Part shown: piece by piece, positions 26,363 through 37,600 of the stretch | Layout of the letters: the number at the start of each line of letters is the position of its first letter | Position numbering within the stretch: position 1 is the first letter of the stretch | Origin: a virus | IMG/VR virus record: IMGVR_UViG_3300013114_000583 | Span: 64,001-128,000 of that record | Reading direction: 5' to 3' (one strand) | DNA: 64,000 bases | Notes under the pieces: generated by a model | What the model was told of the DNA's origin: nothing | Database searches by the model: none | What the model saw: the letters and a program-made list of their open reading frames with translations, nothing else | Position numbers and translations under genes: made by a program

Positions 26363-29300
26363 CTATCCTCGGCGGCCAATGCTTTCCGTTCCTTCGAAAA
26401 ACTTAAAAACCACCCACCGGCCGGTGGGTGACTTAACGCACTCGTAAACATAACTAGTTGGCCTTGAGGTTGAGCCGCGGCCAGTTTGATTCTCAGTTCT
26501 AGTTTCCCCCTCAATCCAGGTATCATGTCGTATATCCTCCGAACTATAAACTAAATTAAAATAAATGCGTGCGCGGCATTGAATCTGTTCGCTCTTTGGC
26601 AAAACATGTGGTTCATCATAATATTTCAAAGCAACCCGTGGATTTATTTCTTCATCCAAATAAGAAGAAGCTTTACCATTGAAAGACCTCCTAGAGCCTT
26701 CTATAAGTGAATTGTAGTCTCTTATAATTACCGGACCATAATCAGGTTCTTCATTCAAATGTCTCAAGATCTCATTCGCAAATGCTGCGGCACCGTTGGG
26801 GGAACCCCTCCCATCATCCAAGTGAGAAGGATAATCAGACACATCACCGTCGGCTAAATCTTCCATAAATTCATCGGAAGGAGTGCTCGGACCAAAAGCG
26901 ATTTCATTCGTCGTACTAGTAGTTACTGAGGGGGATCCGCTAAACATACCACTGCTTTCACCTAGGATAGAGTCCGCAATGGTTAAAGCCTCGTTTACCA
27001 TGTGGCCTTCGCCACCTTCGCCACCAAGCGGTTTTTCATAATATCCCTTCTCGCCTTCGCCTTTCTCATCCGGATTGTCTCCTGGTTTTGGTTTGTCTTC
27101 ATTCTTCTTAGACCCGTCTGGGTTTTCTGACGTTGGTGTTACCTTGGATACTGGCGGGTCGGCTGGATAAGTGATAGGGTTGTAGTCAGCAAAAACAGTC
27201 GTTGAAAATTCATTATTTTCTGTTATATTGTGAGTAACTCTTTGTACATAATAATAACCAGTAAGACCCAATTTTTGTCCATATGAACCCTTTGAGCGCG
27301 AATCACCAAGGGAAGCTATGCTGGGATTTATGTGAATATCTTGACCTGCTGACATGAACGGAAACCCATGAAGAGACATTTGCACACTATATCTGGCCTG
27401 CATGTAAGAGGCTACGGCTCCACCATCCCTCATCATATTGGCCGTTTGGACCTCTTTTAACTGAATTTTGCTAAATTGCATCTGTTTCACCAGCCCCCTA
27501 TCCTTGCCCAAAGAAAACCAAAATGTTCCGTTCTGCTCGTCCTGTTCTTTATCACCCGACTTGTTGTCAACTGGCAAATAACTGGCATATATTACCGGAT
27601 AAGTGAATAACTTGTCGTGGCCTTTTTTTCCCATACGAGGGGCTGTCATGCGCCTTGTGGAAAATTTTCCTTGCATTTGTTTGATGTTTATTACATTAGG
27701 GCCCTTTGCGACGGAAGCAAATTTATCTTGGCCGGTACTATCATTATGTGTAATCATGGTCATATTCACAGACTTGTTTAGTTCCCCAAGAGCATCACCA
27801 ATAATATCAGCGGCGCCTAAGCACTCTCCCCCAAGCGCAATGGGGATTAAATGATTCACCAAGCCTTGTTCCGAGTGTACTAGAAAATCCTTTAAAGTAA
27901 CTCTAGACTTGTTTGCTTTAATAATCATCTCATTTAAAAATCTATAAAATTGCGATAAAGCAACCGGGATTTGACCTAAATTTAATGACACTTTCTGGCC
28001 CGACAACCTATCAATAAAAATCACTGGACCAATTAAAAACCGATATTTAAATATACTTGGTGGCAACTTTGATGGATCCGACTGAACAAGACTAACAGCA
28101 GCGGCAATAATGTCTCCCAAAAACAAAAACGGTATCTCCTTAGCAGTCGAAGGCATGGATGGTTTCTTCGGGACTTTTTTGTCGGAATCGCCGGCTTTGG
28201 ACTCAGATTTGGCGCGCTCATTCGCATACCCAGCTACAGTCGTAGATCCCTCGTCTACTACTTGGTGACCTATTGCATCAAGAACCTGTTCAGTACCCAA
28301 ACCGCCAGTGTTGCCTCCTTTCTTCCACTGTTTCCAAAGATTCACATTTTTAAGTGTCAGGAAGTGCAATTTTGGTTCGAGAAGCGAGTAGAGAGCGACA
28401 ATGTCTGAGCGCGCTACATTTCTTGCAGCCTCTGTAGCGTCACTGGATCTGGAGCCTCCTTTCTTCTCTTCAGTAGGAGAGTCTGATGGGGCGGGCGGTT
28501 TTGCTTTTTGTGAATTTGCAGAAACCACTCCCGGTATTGCACCGGGAGAAGAAACAACCTCTGATGGAACTGGCCGAAATAAGTCGGCCATAAAAGAGTC
28601 CATCATTCTTTCAAGAGATACATTATATTCAATATCTAATTCTATTGTACCATCTTGCTTAAAAGACATTGTGTGATCCGTGAGTCCCATCTTGTAAACC
28701 ATCTCACAATGTTTAAGAGCCTCCATGATTGGTTTTCGAATTAACTTTACTTTATCTTTCGGAACAGACCATCCAAAAACACCTTGTAATTCAAAATATG
28801 TCGGATCGTCTATTTGAGATGTGTGATCAGATTGACCAGACGAAGGTTTTTCTACTTTTGTTTTCTTTGGGTTTATCGCGAGGTCGGCCGCGATGGCGGC
28901 ATACTCGTCATAAGCAAGAAGTGTATAATACGGCGCCGAATCTTCAGGGTGGCCATTCAAGAACGCGTCAATACTGTCTGCAAAAATTTTCATCCTTATT
29001 TGATATAAGTTAAGGGTATCTTTCGTATTTCCTATCTGAGTTATGTTGACCGACCTAATGCCGACTTCTCCAAGTCTTCCCTGGCCTGCGGCAAAAATAC
29101 GACTTAAGTCCTCTTTATGTATATGGTCTTTAAAAAGGATAGGCTTCACTTCTGGTGCCTGAGATGCCTTCTTTTTATTGTATTCGTATTTCATTCTATA
29201 TAACTGAATCCGCGGGACCAACAATGATAATTCGGCGGGAGATATGTCCATCAATTCCTTGATCATAGGGCCGTTTTCGCCCCACATCGAAGATACAACG

Positions 29301-29434
29301 CTATGAGTCGTACCGTTAACGTAAGTTACTGTGGCTCCTTTTATTTGATTTTTAAAATCAAACAACGGAGCAAGACGAGTTATAAGAGAAGACAATATAC
29401 ACTGGTCTTCATTATCTTTAGAAGTTATACTCAT
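26363..29434 (-). CDS. Putative baseplate hub protein (gp27/gpD/VgrG-like) with C-terminal extension
   Basis: YSVQMSLHGFPFMSAGQDIHI...GYYYVQRVTHNI...FSTT hub signature; located after the LysM gene. Confidence 0.6.
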   Translation of the reverse strand: MSITSKDNEDQCILSSLITRLAPLFDFKNQIKGATVTYVNGTTHSVVSSMWGENGPMIKELMDISPAELSLLVPRIQLYRMKYEYNKKKASQAPEVKPILFKDHIHKEDLSRIFAAGQGRLGEVGIRSVNITQIGNTKDTLNLYQIRMKIFADSIDAFLNGHPEDSAPYYTLLAYDEYAAIAADLAINPKKTKVEKPSSGQSDHTSQIDDPTYFELQGVFGWSVPKDKVKLIRKPIMEALKHCEMVYKMGLTDHTMSFKQDGTIELDIEYNVSLERMMDSFMADLFRPVPSEVVSSPGAIPGVVSANSQKAKPPAPSDSPTEEKKGGSRSSDATEAARNVARSDIVALYSLLEPKLHFLTLKNVNLWKQWKKGGNTGGLGTEQVLDAIGHQVVDEGSTTVAGYANERAKSESKAGDSDKKVPKKPSMPSTAKEIPFLFLGDIIAAAVSLVQSDPSKLPPSIFKYRFLIGPVIFIDRLSGQKVSLNLGQIPVALSQFYRFLNEMIIKANKSRVTLKDFLVHSEQGLVNHLIPIALGGECLGAADIIGDALGELNKSVNMTMITHNDSTGQDKFASVAKGPNVINIKQMQGKFSTRRMTAPRMGKKGHDKLFTYPVIYASYLPVDNKSGDKEQDEQNGTFWFSLGKDRGLVKQMQFSKIQLKEVQTANMMRDGGAVASYMQARYSVQMSLHGFPFMSAGQDIHINPSIASLGDSRSKGSYGQKLGLTGYYYVQRVTHNITENNEFSTTVFADYNPITYPADPPVSKVTPTSENPDGSKKNEDKPKPGDNPDEKGEGEKGYYEKPLGGEGGEGHMVNEALTIADSILGESSGMFSGSPSVTTSTTNEIAFGPSTPSDEFMEDLADGDVSDYPSHLDDGRGSPNGAAAFANEILRHLNEEPDYGPVIIRDYNSLIEGSRRSFNGKASSYLDEEINPRVALKYYDEPHVLPKSEQIQCRARIYFNLVYSSEDIRHDTWIEGETRTENQTGRGSTSRPTSYVYECVKSPTGRWVVFKFFEGTESIGRRG

Positions 29435-29437
29435 TTA

Positions 29438-29782
29438 TTACCTCGTGTTATAATAGTAAAGCGCATCTTCGAGAGGAATAGGTATAAATACCGGGTCGCC
29501 AAGCTCAAGATGCGCATCAGTTGGTTTTTGGTTAAACCAGGCAATGAGCCACCACAAAGTATTATCATTGTAGTATGTATGGGCAAGCTTGTGAAGTCTA
29601 TCTCCCAACTTCCAAATATGAGAAAGAGTCTTTATTTTTGTATAGTCCTCTTGAGATAAATTTTTAATTTGCGGCGTTTGGTAATGGAATATAGCTTTCC
29701 TGTTTTTAGACCTTAATACATATTTATACTTTTCTTCTTCGTTGGAAAAAATCTTTGTGCCATCATATCTAGAAATTGACAT
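29438..29782 (-). CDS. LysM-like baseplate protein (gp53/P2 gpX-like)
   Basis: GDRLHKLAHTYYND..LWWLIAWFN...GDPVFIP; start MSISRY at 29782. Confidence 0.85.
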   Translation of the reverse strand: MSISRYDGTKIFSNEEEKYKYVLRSKNRKAIFHYQTPQIKNLSQEDYTKIKTLSHIWKLGDRLHKLAHTYYNDNTLWWLIAWFNQKPTDAHLELGDPVFIPIPLEDALYYYNTR

Positions 29783-29783
29783 A

Positions 29784-30710
29784 TTATTCCTCCTCCTCCT
29801 CTCCCTCGTCCTTCCAGCCTCTATTAACCGCGGACGAATACCTATTAGTGTCGCCAATGTTTATATCTTCCACCTGGCCAGTGATGGCGGCGATACGGGC
29901 CTGTCGAATACCAGCAACAATTTTCGAATTTTGCAAATTTGGAACACCGGGGATTCGCTGTGCCAAGCCTCCGACACCATATGGCCATCGACCTGGACCT
30001 CTCCACTCGGACTTGCCACCTTCGGAACCAAATTGTATGGTGATTTCATTAGTCATTTCAGAATCCTGCCACCCCAGCGGCTTTGTGTGCAAGACTGTAA
30101 AATTGCACTTCATAGGGACATATCTCGGAAAAATCGTGCCATGGCCCATGAACACTCCGTTTTTCAGATCTGGCTTATAAGAAAATCCGTCGACTGCGGC
30201 GAGAAGGCCGGTGGCTCCGATAAGCTTATTCAACACAGGGCGAACTACTTCCTTCTCCACTTCCTTGCCATCCACAAATGATTTTTCTTTCTGCCCCATA
30301 AAAAAACCATTTCCCGCTTCATCCTCGTCGTCTGTAAAATCAACATCAACGGCCATATTGGCAAACCTTACCTTAATTAAAGGGGAGGCCTCGATGGTTG
30401 GTGCCAACTCTGAACTATAATGAGGATAAAGCATGGACATGAGAACTTCTATTTTTGCAAGATTAGCTATTGATTCCCCAAGGTCATTTGCTAAAATCCC
30501 CCAAGCCAAAGACATCTTCCTCTCTGTGTTCTTGTACGTCATGATCGGGTCAGATCGACCATAAACAGTTGTTGATGTCCAGTTTGCTTTATAATCATCC
30601 GAAAAATCTTCCAAGTAACCATCAAAAAGAACAAACTTTCCGCTGGGCACATGCGTGAATTCTATAGCAAAGTTTCGCTGTATTGTTAATCCATGATCGA
30701 CTTTCTTCAT
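29784..30710 (-). CDS. Tail tube initiator / baseplate protein (gp48/gp54/P2 gpU-like)
   Basis: WTSTTVYGRSDPIMTYKNTERKMSL; YP.Y....PLIKVRF; lies between TMP and LysM genes. Confidence 0.75.
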   Translation of the reverse strand: MKKVDHGLTIQRNFAIEFTHVPSGKFVLFDGYLEDFSDDYKANWTSTTVYGRSDPIMTYKNTERKMSLAWGILANDLGESIANLAKIEVLMSMLYPHYSSELAPTIEASPLIKVRFANMAVDVDFTDDEDEAGNGFFMGQKEKSFVDGKEVEKEVVRPVLNKLIGATGLLAAVDGFSYKPDLKNGVFMGHGTIFPRYVPMKCNFTVLHTKPLGWQDSEMTNEITIQFGSEGGKSEWRGPGRWPYGVGGLAQRIPGVPNLQNSKIVAGIRQARIAAITGQVEDINIGDTNRYSSAVNRGWKDEGEEEEE

Positions 30711-32875
30711 CTTTTATTTACTCCGGTCGGAATGTCGCCGGACCAAACCCCGGCAACAGCGTCGGCGATTTGAACACCGTCTAGGTTAACTACAATAGGT
30801 CTGGCTTTTTTTATGGCTTCAACTAAATTATCAATTTTTTTGGAGGCGCTCGACCATGTGGTTTTAGCGGCAGACCAAGCTGTTTCGCCGGCTGAAACCG
30901 CGCTTTTGCCAATGCGCTTACCCTGTTCAGTTGCGGTTTCGCGGCCTGTTTTCTCAACAGCGTCATTTCTTGCCTCCAGCTTGGCTTTGCTTGCCTTCAA
31001 GCCTTTAATCGTCGCCGCAGAAGGAGATAGGGATTTTTCGCTTTTCAATTTTTCTGCTGATTTAATATATGCCTTAAGATCCAGGATCTGGCCAGCGATC
31101 TCTGTGCTCCTTGCTTTTAGCTTTACTATATCCGACTGTTTCAAGTCTTTGGCTTTTAGTTTTTCAGCTATCTCTCTCTGTTCCTTGACTAGCCCGGAGG
31201 TCTCATCACCCAATTTTTCGCGGGCCTTTTTGGCCAAACCTTCTCCAAAATCACCTGCGCCTCCAGAAAGGGCTTCCACGGCACCCATTACAGTACCGAC
31301 TTTACCACCTATGATTGCCTGCGCTCGTTGAAATCTAATTACCGCTGTTTTAAAAACCCCTGTTAATTCTTTTCCTGCCCCAAACTCAGTAGAGATAGAC
31401 CTCTTAAACTCTGCCACGAGCATCCTAGTTGCAGTTGCCTCCCTTTCTACCCTTTGAACTCCATATTCAAACAATCTTTTTTCAAAATCTTCTTTTGTTT
31501 CTGCGGCTGAGACGCCCTTTCCTTTGCCACGGGCAAGCCCCGCATCGAGGGCCGCTCGCTGTACTTGCGCCTTATAAGCAATTTCTGTCTCCGTTAGTTC
31601 CTGTTGTTTTAATATGTCAAGCTGAGTTTTGCCATCTCTCAACAATTTAGCAGTAGCCGCCTTGCCGTCCATTTCTTCGCGCGCTATTGCTCTTGTTGCT
31701 TTCGTGGCGGCGGTCACGCCTTTTGCAACCTCTTTACTTTGATTTGCTATAGAGGCAAGAAATTTACGTGCTGCTACCTCACTACCCAGCAGGCCGGCGA
31801 CTTGTCGTTGCAACAGTCGATTGTTTAAATCAACACCTGACTTCTTTAAAGAATTGGTTATGTATCTCTGTCTTTGTTCCGCAGTCATGCGAGTCATTGC
31901 TGCAGGGTTAAGCCGCAATCTGAAAGTGGCATTCAAAGTTGCAATTTTCGGAACCAAGTCAGTAAAAGCATCCATATTTTTACCAAATGATTCACCCAGG
32001 TGATCAATGGTAAGGCCTGTCTCCATAGATCTCACAGACAATTCAGCAAGATTGTTTATAGCCTGTTTGTGAGTGTACCCCTGCTTCATTCTCAGATTAT
32101 CATAATACTCCATCAATTTACTTACTGGTTGATTAGTTGCATTTGCAATTCTCTGAACTTGATCAAAATGTGCAGCAAATTTATCAGGACCATCACCAAG
32201 AATATTTAGATTTTGCATGTAGCGCGCACTATCTCTTGCTTTAATTTGATATCTTTCCAAAGCAGCACCAAGCTTAACATATTGCGCCTCTGTTTCTGGG
32301 CCCAGTAATTTTATCCTTTGAAAGTTTTCCTGGGTAGCATTATAAAAATCCATTAGATACTTTTTCATCTCGCTGGGATGCATTGTTTTTATCAAATCTT
32401 GAGCGACACGAGAGTGCATCGAAGCTATATCCTCCGACGCGGTTAAAGACATGCCCTTAAAGTCGTTAAACGTTTTAAAGGCTTTGTCCCCCGTCTTGGA
32501 CATCATTATGTTTAATTGCGGTATTGCGTTTACAGTTTGATTAAGATTGTATTTTAATAAATTACTATAACTCCCGAATATGTTCCCGAGAGTCTCTACC
32601 GTCATATTTCCAGCATCAGAAATGGCTTTAGTGACTGATTGGTAGGTGGTTCTTATGTTAACATTAACGTCTTTAACACGACCATGAACATCTGGGTCAT
32701 GATCTTTTTTTCTATCTGTTTGGCCTGCCGAACGAATTTTCTCTGCATCGGATTCTACCTGAGAAAACATCTTCTCCAGATCAGATGCGGCGCCTTGAGT
32801 ATCGCCACCTGCCTGGATCCTATCCAGTATTTCTTTTATCTTTAGTTCTCTGGTTAAATTTGGGCCGGCCATCAC
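30707..32875 (-). CDS. Tail tape measure protein
   Basis: Long Ala/Lys-rich helical protein after the tail chaperone; C-terminal PIVVNLDG..IA motif. Confidence 0.75.
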   Translation of the reverse strand: MMAGPNLTRELKIKEILDRIQAGGDTQGAASDLEKMFSQVESDAEKIRSAGQTDRKKDHDPDVHGRVKDVNVNIRTTYQSVTKAISDAGNMTVETLGNIFGSYSNLLKYNLNQTVNAIPQLNIMMSKTGDKAFKTFNDFKGMSLTASEDIASMHSRVAQDLIKTMHPSEMKKYLMDFYNATQENFQRIKLLGPETEAQYVKLGAALERYQIKARDSARYMQNLNILGDGPDKFAAHFDQVQRIANATNQPVSKLMEYYDNLRMKQGYTHKQAINNLAELSVRSMETGLTIDHLGESFGKNMDAFTDLVPKIATLNATFRLRLNPAAMTRMTAEQRQRYITNSLKKSGVDLNNRLLQRQVAGLLGSEVAARKFLASIANQSKEVAKGVTAATKATRAIAREEMDGKAATAKLLRDGKTQLDILKQQELTETEIAYKAQVQRAALDAGLARGKGKGVSAAETKEDFEKRLFEYGVQRVEREATATRMLVAEFKRSISTEFGAGKELTGVFKTAVIRFQRAQAIIGGKVGTVMGAVEALSGGAGDFGEGLAKKAREKLGDETSGLVKEQREIAEKLKAKDLKQSDIVKLKARSTEIAGQILDLKAYIKSAEKLKSEKSLSPSAATIKGLKASKAKLEARNDAVEKTGRETATEQGKRIGKSAVSAGETAWSAAKTTWSSASKKIDNLVEAIKKARPIVVNLDGVQIADAVAGVWSGDIPTGVNKR

Positions 32876-32893
32876 AAATACCCCTATATTTAA

Positions 32894-32900
32894 TAATTAG
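32894..32900 (-). promoter_or_regulatory. Putative late promoter motif CTAATTA(TTA)
   Basis: Intergenic, upstream of the TMP. Confidence 0.6.
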
Positions 32901-32914
32901 TATTATAAGATCTT

Positions 32915-33095
32915 TTAATTTGATTTAGTATTTTGAGCTTCTTCGATCATATCATCGATGATTCTGTTGACGAACCATCTTCTCACAGCGATTGGTAGGT
33001 GGTAGGCTTCTTGGAAAGACCAATTATTGTGTTTTTTCAAGAAAAATATAGTATCATATACATCCTCTATGTAGCTAGAGGTCAGGCCAAAAAAA
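32915..33095 (-). CDS. Tail assembly chaperone C-terminal extension (probable frameshift product)
   Basis: FFGLTSSYIEDVYDTIFFLKKHNNWSFQEAYHLPIAVRRWF; in the +1 frame relative to the upstream gene at a T7 run; no convincing independent start. Confidence 0.7.
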
Positions 33096-33923
33096 GCCCG
33101 CAGTAAAGGGCACCTCCAATCTGGACACTTCTTCACATTTCTTACAAGTTAGATCCACCTCTGTATCTATCCTCGGTGAAACTAGTCTATGGATTTTCTT
33201 AATGTGCCGAGCATCCAGAGCCGGCATTAAATCCACCACATGGCTAATAACTGTTTTATCAGTGGTGCCATGTATGTTAACAATAATAGCTTTTAAAAAG
33301 TCAGTAGTAGGCGCCTCGGGAAGGCCTAGTTCAACTTTATTTTGTGTTGTTTTATCTATCTTCGCTTGGTCTCCATAAGTTGCTATCCGAATAGAAACAT
33401 CAACATCAAGCTTTTCAATATGAAAGGTGCAAATACCATCAACTATTGTAATACCATTTTCATCCAATTCCTGCTTAGTCACGCTTTCGTTTGAAAATTC
33501 AGTCAAATTAACACCAACTTCATTGCGAGAACCGCATTGTTCACAATGAAACAAGGTTTCATAATTTTCCCCATATCCCGTAATTCTAGAGGCTATTAAC
33601 AAAGCATTCCTGTCACAAGCCAAAAGATCCTTGTGGTTAATGTTTTTATCAACAATGACATTTTCCAAAAGCCTATCCAAAGCGATGCCCTCCGTCAAGA
33701 AGGAAGGGGAAGCCAAAACGTCCTCTTCTTTGGCTGTCATAAATCTTATTTCAATATATTCTTTATCACGCAAAGGGTGATCCGATGGATAAAACTTACC
33801 CTTTGAAGGTATTGGAACTATTTCTGTAGGTATGGAAAAGCCCATCGGACCCCCTTGAGGGGGGGTCTCTGGGCCAGTGTTTTGCGAAACAGGTGTTTTC
33901 AACCTGTTCTTATTTCTAGACAT
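33075..33923 (-). CDS. Tail/baseplate assembly chaperone (T4 gp26/gp51-like)
   Basis: IPSKGKFY, RFMTAKEEDVL, DRNALLIASRITGYG, CxxC pairs, terminal FFWP. Confidence 0.85.
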   Translation of the reverse strand: MSRNKNRLKTPVSQNTGPETPPQGGPMGFSIPTEIVPIPSKGKFYPSDHPLRDKEYIEIRFMTAKEEDVLASPSFLTEGIALDRLLENVIVDKNINHKDLLACDRNALLIASRITGYGENYETLFHCEQCGSRNEVGVNLTEFSNESVTKQELDENGITIVDGICTFHIEKLDVDVSIRIATYGDQAKIDKTTQNKVELGLPEAPTTDFLKAIIVNIHGTTDKTVISHVVDLMPALDARHIKKIHRLVSPRIDTEVDLTCKKCEEVSRLEVPFTAGFFWPDL

Positions 33924-33939
33924 GCGACCTCTTTTTTAT

Positions 33940-33948
33940 ATAATATCA
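33940..33948 (-). promoter_or_regulatory. Extended -10 promoter for the tail chaperone
   Basis: TGATATTAT in the intergenic gap. Confidence 0.45.
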
Positions 33949-33977
33949 TCAAAATACTAAAGTTTTAACTTTTTTTT

Positions 33978-34568
33978 TTATGTCTCTAACTCAGATGGTC
34001 TAACAAAAGTACTAGACGGCTCACCAGCGCCAGAAACAAGGTTATAAGAGGCATCAGTCGGGTTGAGGGTTGCCCAATCATAAGTCAAAGTCACTGTTAT
34101 TTCCACAATTTCCTCTGATTTATAATCAAGTTTACCAAACTTAACATCTTTTATCCATGCATTCTCCAGGCGCCAAACCTCTATAAATCCCTTTGTTCCA
34201 TCAGCGTCAAGCTGCTTGATTAAAACCGATCCTAAAGCATCCACTGCCTTCTTTTTGGAGATTGTCAGCGGAGCTTGTTGTGCTTGGCCTGGCTCCCCAG
34301 GGTTCACATAGCCGCTTTCTTCCAAAATGGCCATCATTGTACCTGTAGCATCAGGCTGAACAGGATCCACAAGCGCAAGGGTAATATCATTCCACTTTAC
34401 TCGACCTGGAAATTTAAAATCATAGTTCAAGTACGCGTGTTCGGACACCCCCAGCGTGTAACTCGGTTTATCAATCGATTTAACAAGCCAAGCATCAATC
34501 CCGTTAAGGGACATCAACCATCTATAAGCTCGCTTTGGCTCTGTAACTCTATTTGCCCAAAAAGCCAT
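33978..34568 (-). CDS. Tail tube protein (gp19-like)
   Basis: EPKRAYRW, KFPGRVKWNDITL, EVWRLENAWI, GKLDY, VTLTYDWA. Confidence 0.93.
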   Translation of the reverse strand: MAFWANRVTEPKRAYRWLMSLNGIDAWLVKSIDKPSYTLGVSEHAYLNYDFKFPGRVKWNDITLALVDPVQPDATGTMMAILEESGYVNPGEPGQAQQAPLTISKKKAVDALGSVLIKQLDADGTKGFIEVWRLENAWIKDVKFGKLDYKSEEIVEITVTLTYDWATLNPTDASYNLVSGAGEPSSTFVRPSELET

Positions 34569-34601
34569 GTATCATTCCTCCATTATTAGTTTGACCTAAT
34601 A

Positions 34602-34608
34602 TAATTAG
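34602..34608 (-). promoter_or_regulatory. Putative late promoter motif CTAATTA
   Basis: Intergenic, upstream of the tube gene. Confidence 0.55.
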
Positions 34609-34623
34609 AATCAATTAATTTTT

Positions 34624-37600
34624 TTAATCCTCAAATGCAGCACCAGTATTGGTAATGATGAAATCTATCGCGATAAATTCTATAGAGCGCGCTGGCTTGA
34701 GAAATATCTTGGCATACATTATGTTTCTATCAACCAAATCAGGTGTCGTCGTAGTCTTATCTAGTATTACCTTAAAATCGGTAAGACCGTATCCTTGTTT
34801 CACTCGATCCAAGAACGGAGTAACTTGAGCTAAGAACCTATCCCAAGTTGACTGAACATTCTGATCAAACAAGATTCTATTTGCAATTCTAGACACCTCT
34901 TTCTTGACATAAATTAAAAGGCGCCTGACGTTTATCCTGTCTAAAGCAGATCTCGTTGTCTGAAGTGTCTTTTGACCAAAAACCACAATCCCTTCCGATG
35001 GGAAAGTCGCAATGGGATTTATATTAGCCTCATAAAGATCATCTCTCTGTTTCGATGAGAGTCTTTCCGTTACGCTAATAACGGGGAGACCTGCGGAGCC
35101 CTCTGTGAGGCCGCCGCGATTGAATCCCGCAGGAGCGAACCAGAGAGCTGCTCTTCTTTCTGTATTAGCGAAAACCCCAAGAGCTATAACAGAGGGGGGC
35201 ACCCATACTAGAGAGTCCGTAATCTCATCATAAATCTTAAGCCACGGATAGTAAGTACACCCATAACTAGAGTTTATACCTCTTTGCGTAAATGTCTCCG
35301 CAACGCTCTTAACTCCCGAACCAATGCGATCCTTAAAATCGGCATGTTTGTGTTCCTGAGGTGGATCGAAAACATCAGGCAAGTCAATCACTGCTAAAGA
35401 ATCAGCTCTTGCTTCACAATTCCTGATCAAACTAGTTGTTAAAGTCTCATCAGTCAAGCCTGGAATGGCCATCAAATTAGCTTCAACCACTTCTGCATCA
35501 GCCACTGAATCAATAGCGCGCTTTACCGAAGCATACTCGTAGCTTGCCCGGGCATCTCCGGCTGCAGCCTCAATTTCACGATTATTAAACGGCTCCGACT
35601 CGGTTATGTCAACCCCGTCATAGCCTCCATAAAGAGGAGATGTGAATTTATTTATCCCGAATTCATTTAGAAGTTTAATCTCTCCTTCTAACGCTGTGGC
35701 GGAGTTTCCAGCTTTATAGGACCCAGATTCATAATAAGCTACATTCCCGTTTGAACCAGATGTAACAATATCATCCATTGTGAAAACCCAAGACCATTCA
35801 GTTCCGCCGCTATAGTCTGCGTCCCATTTATCCTTGCCAAAGTCAGCAGCGCGAGAGCGAACGAGATCCACATAACCATCATCATAACGCGTTGAAGAGG
35901 AGCCTCGAACAGTTTGGAGGCCAAAATAAGCCTTTGTGGGATCAATAATACCACCATCTGAAGCAGAGTGTCGAAGCATTGTATGCAGAACACCAACTTT
36001 CATCTTGGCTGCTGTGTTCTTTCGCCTAGTTGCACCGATGCCGGATTCCTCATCTGCGGCGAAAGTCGGATTAGAAGCTGAGAGCCAATAATCGCCGTGT
36101 GCAGCATTTATATCTATATCACCAAGCCAGGCCGCACCTGGGTCTGGGTCTGCGGCGACGCCAAATGTGACATCTGCTCCTTCGAAGGTTTGCGACATCG
36201 TCTCCAACACTGGGGGGCCAAAAACCCCGAATGGTATGAGAGAGGCAGGATGAAAATTTTGATCAACAGTCGAGTTCATTTCAATCCTGATATATCTAGA
36301 CATATTAGGGTAATTACCATAATGCTTATATCTATTTTCAGACAAGCTCCATTCCTGTTTTATATCCCCAATCTTTCTGGCCACATAATCACCAGAATAC
36401 GGATTCAAATTACAATTTGAAAATCGCTCGACTATCTGAACAGCGTTATCAGAATCTTTGGCTCTTCGAAGTACAACACTGAAAGAACCATAAGGATTTG
36501 TACCCCCCTTTGGTGGTGGCCTAATATCTGTAATAGAAACTTTAAAGTCCCTATTGTTTGACTCACCTTCGTTAAGAGATGCAAACCTAAACAACTTTTG
36601 TGCCAAGTTAGGATCAAATGAGCCAGTAGAGTCAGTCCATTGCGAAAAGAACCACCCAGTTTTTGCACCCTGTACAGGATATCTCCAGTCTCCCAGCGTC
36701 TTTGAACCATTTGACAAAGGAGCTACGAAGGCAAAAGCCTCATCGCCGGTGGTCGCGGCGCCAAAAACATCCCTTGTAAGGGCGTGTTCATAGGTTTCCC
36801 CAAGCCAGTAAACATCGCCATCCTCTGTAATACTCGTATTTGTCAGAACTGGATTTGTATTCAAAACTTTTCTAATAAACTTCTTGGATGTTGTGTCGAA
36901 AGAAATAGGCACCACTTTATTGTCTCCGTGAGACTGGTTGATAACCAACTCAAACTCAGGATTTTTCAAAGAGCCGGCGGCTGATATTGCAAGATTGGCA
37001 GAAGATGTCAACACTGTGCCAGCGCCAACAGTTTCACCAAGGACAGTCCCTTGAAGTGTGAAGTCAACTGCGTTATCGGTACCTTCAGGATTTGTGTAAA
37101 GGGCTGCGGCCAGCGATGCGTTAAAATCAGGACCCGTACCACCTGAGAACTTAGTAGTTGCAGTGGTGGACCCAGAAGCGTACACTCGAACTGTTGGATG
37201 CACTGTCGTGCCATTCGAGGCGAAACACTCTACTGTCAAATCGTTACCTGCGTACCCACCAAGTGAAGAACTAAGCACAAAGCGCGAGCCGGCGGCTGCG
37301 GCGCCGTCTTTCTCTAGAGCCGAGGCGCCGAATCCAAGTGCAAGGCCGTTCTCGGCGTCGGCGGTGCCAGTATAGTTAAGCGCTTGCTCTACTCGCTCCA
37401 TAATAGCTTCCTGATCGGCTGCGCCGTTAAGACCAATGATGTAAGGGTCCTGATTCGTTCCGGCTCCACACGCGCCGTCGGGGTTGCCGTTAACATTGAG
37501 CCCGCCGCGGCAATCGGCCTTCGGGGCGCCGACGTCAAATCGAAATTCAACCTTTGTTGAAGATTTTCCGCCCTCTATTCTTATCCACTCATCAGCAGCG

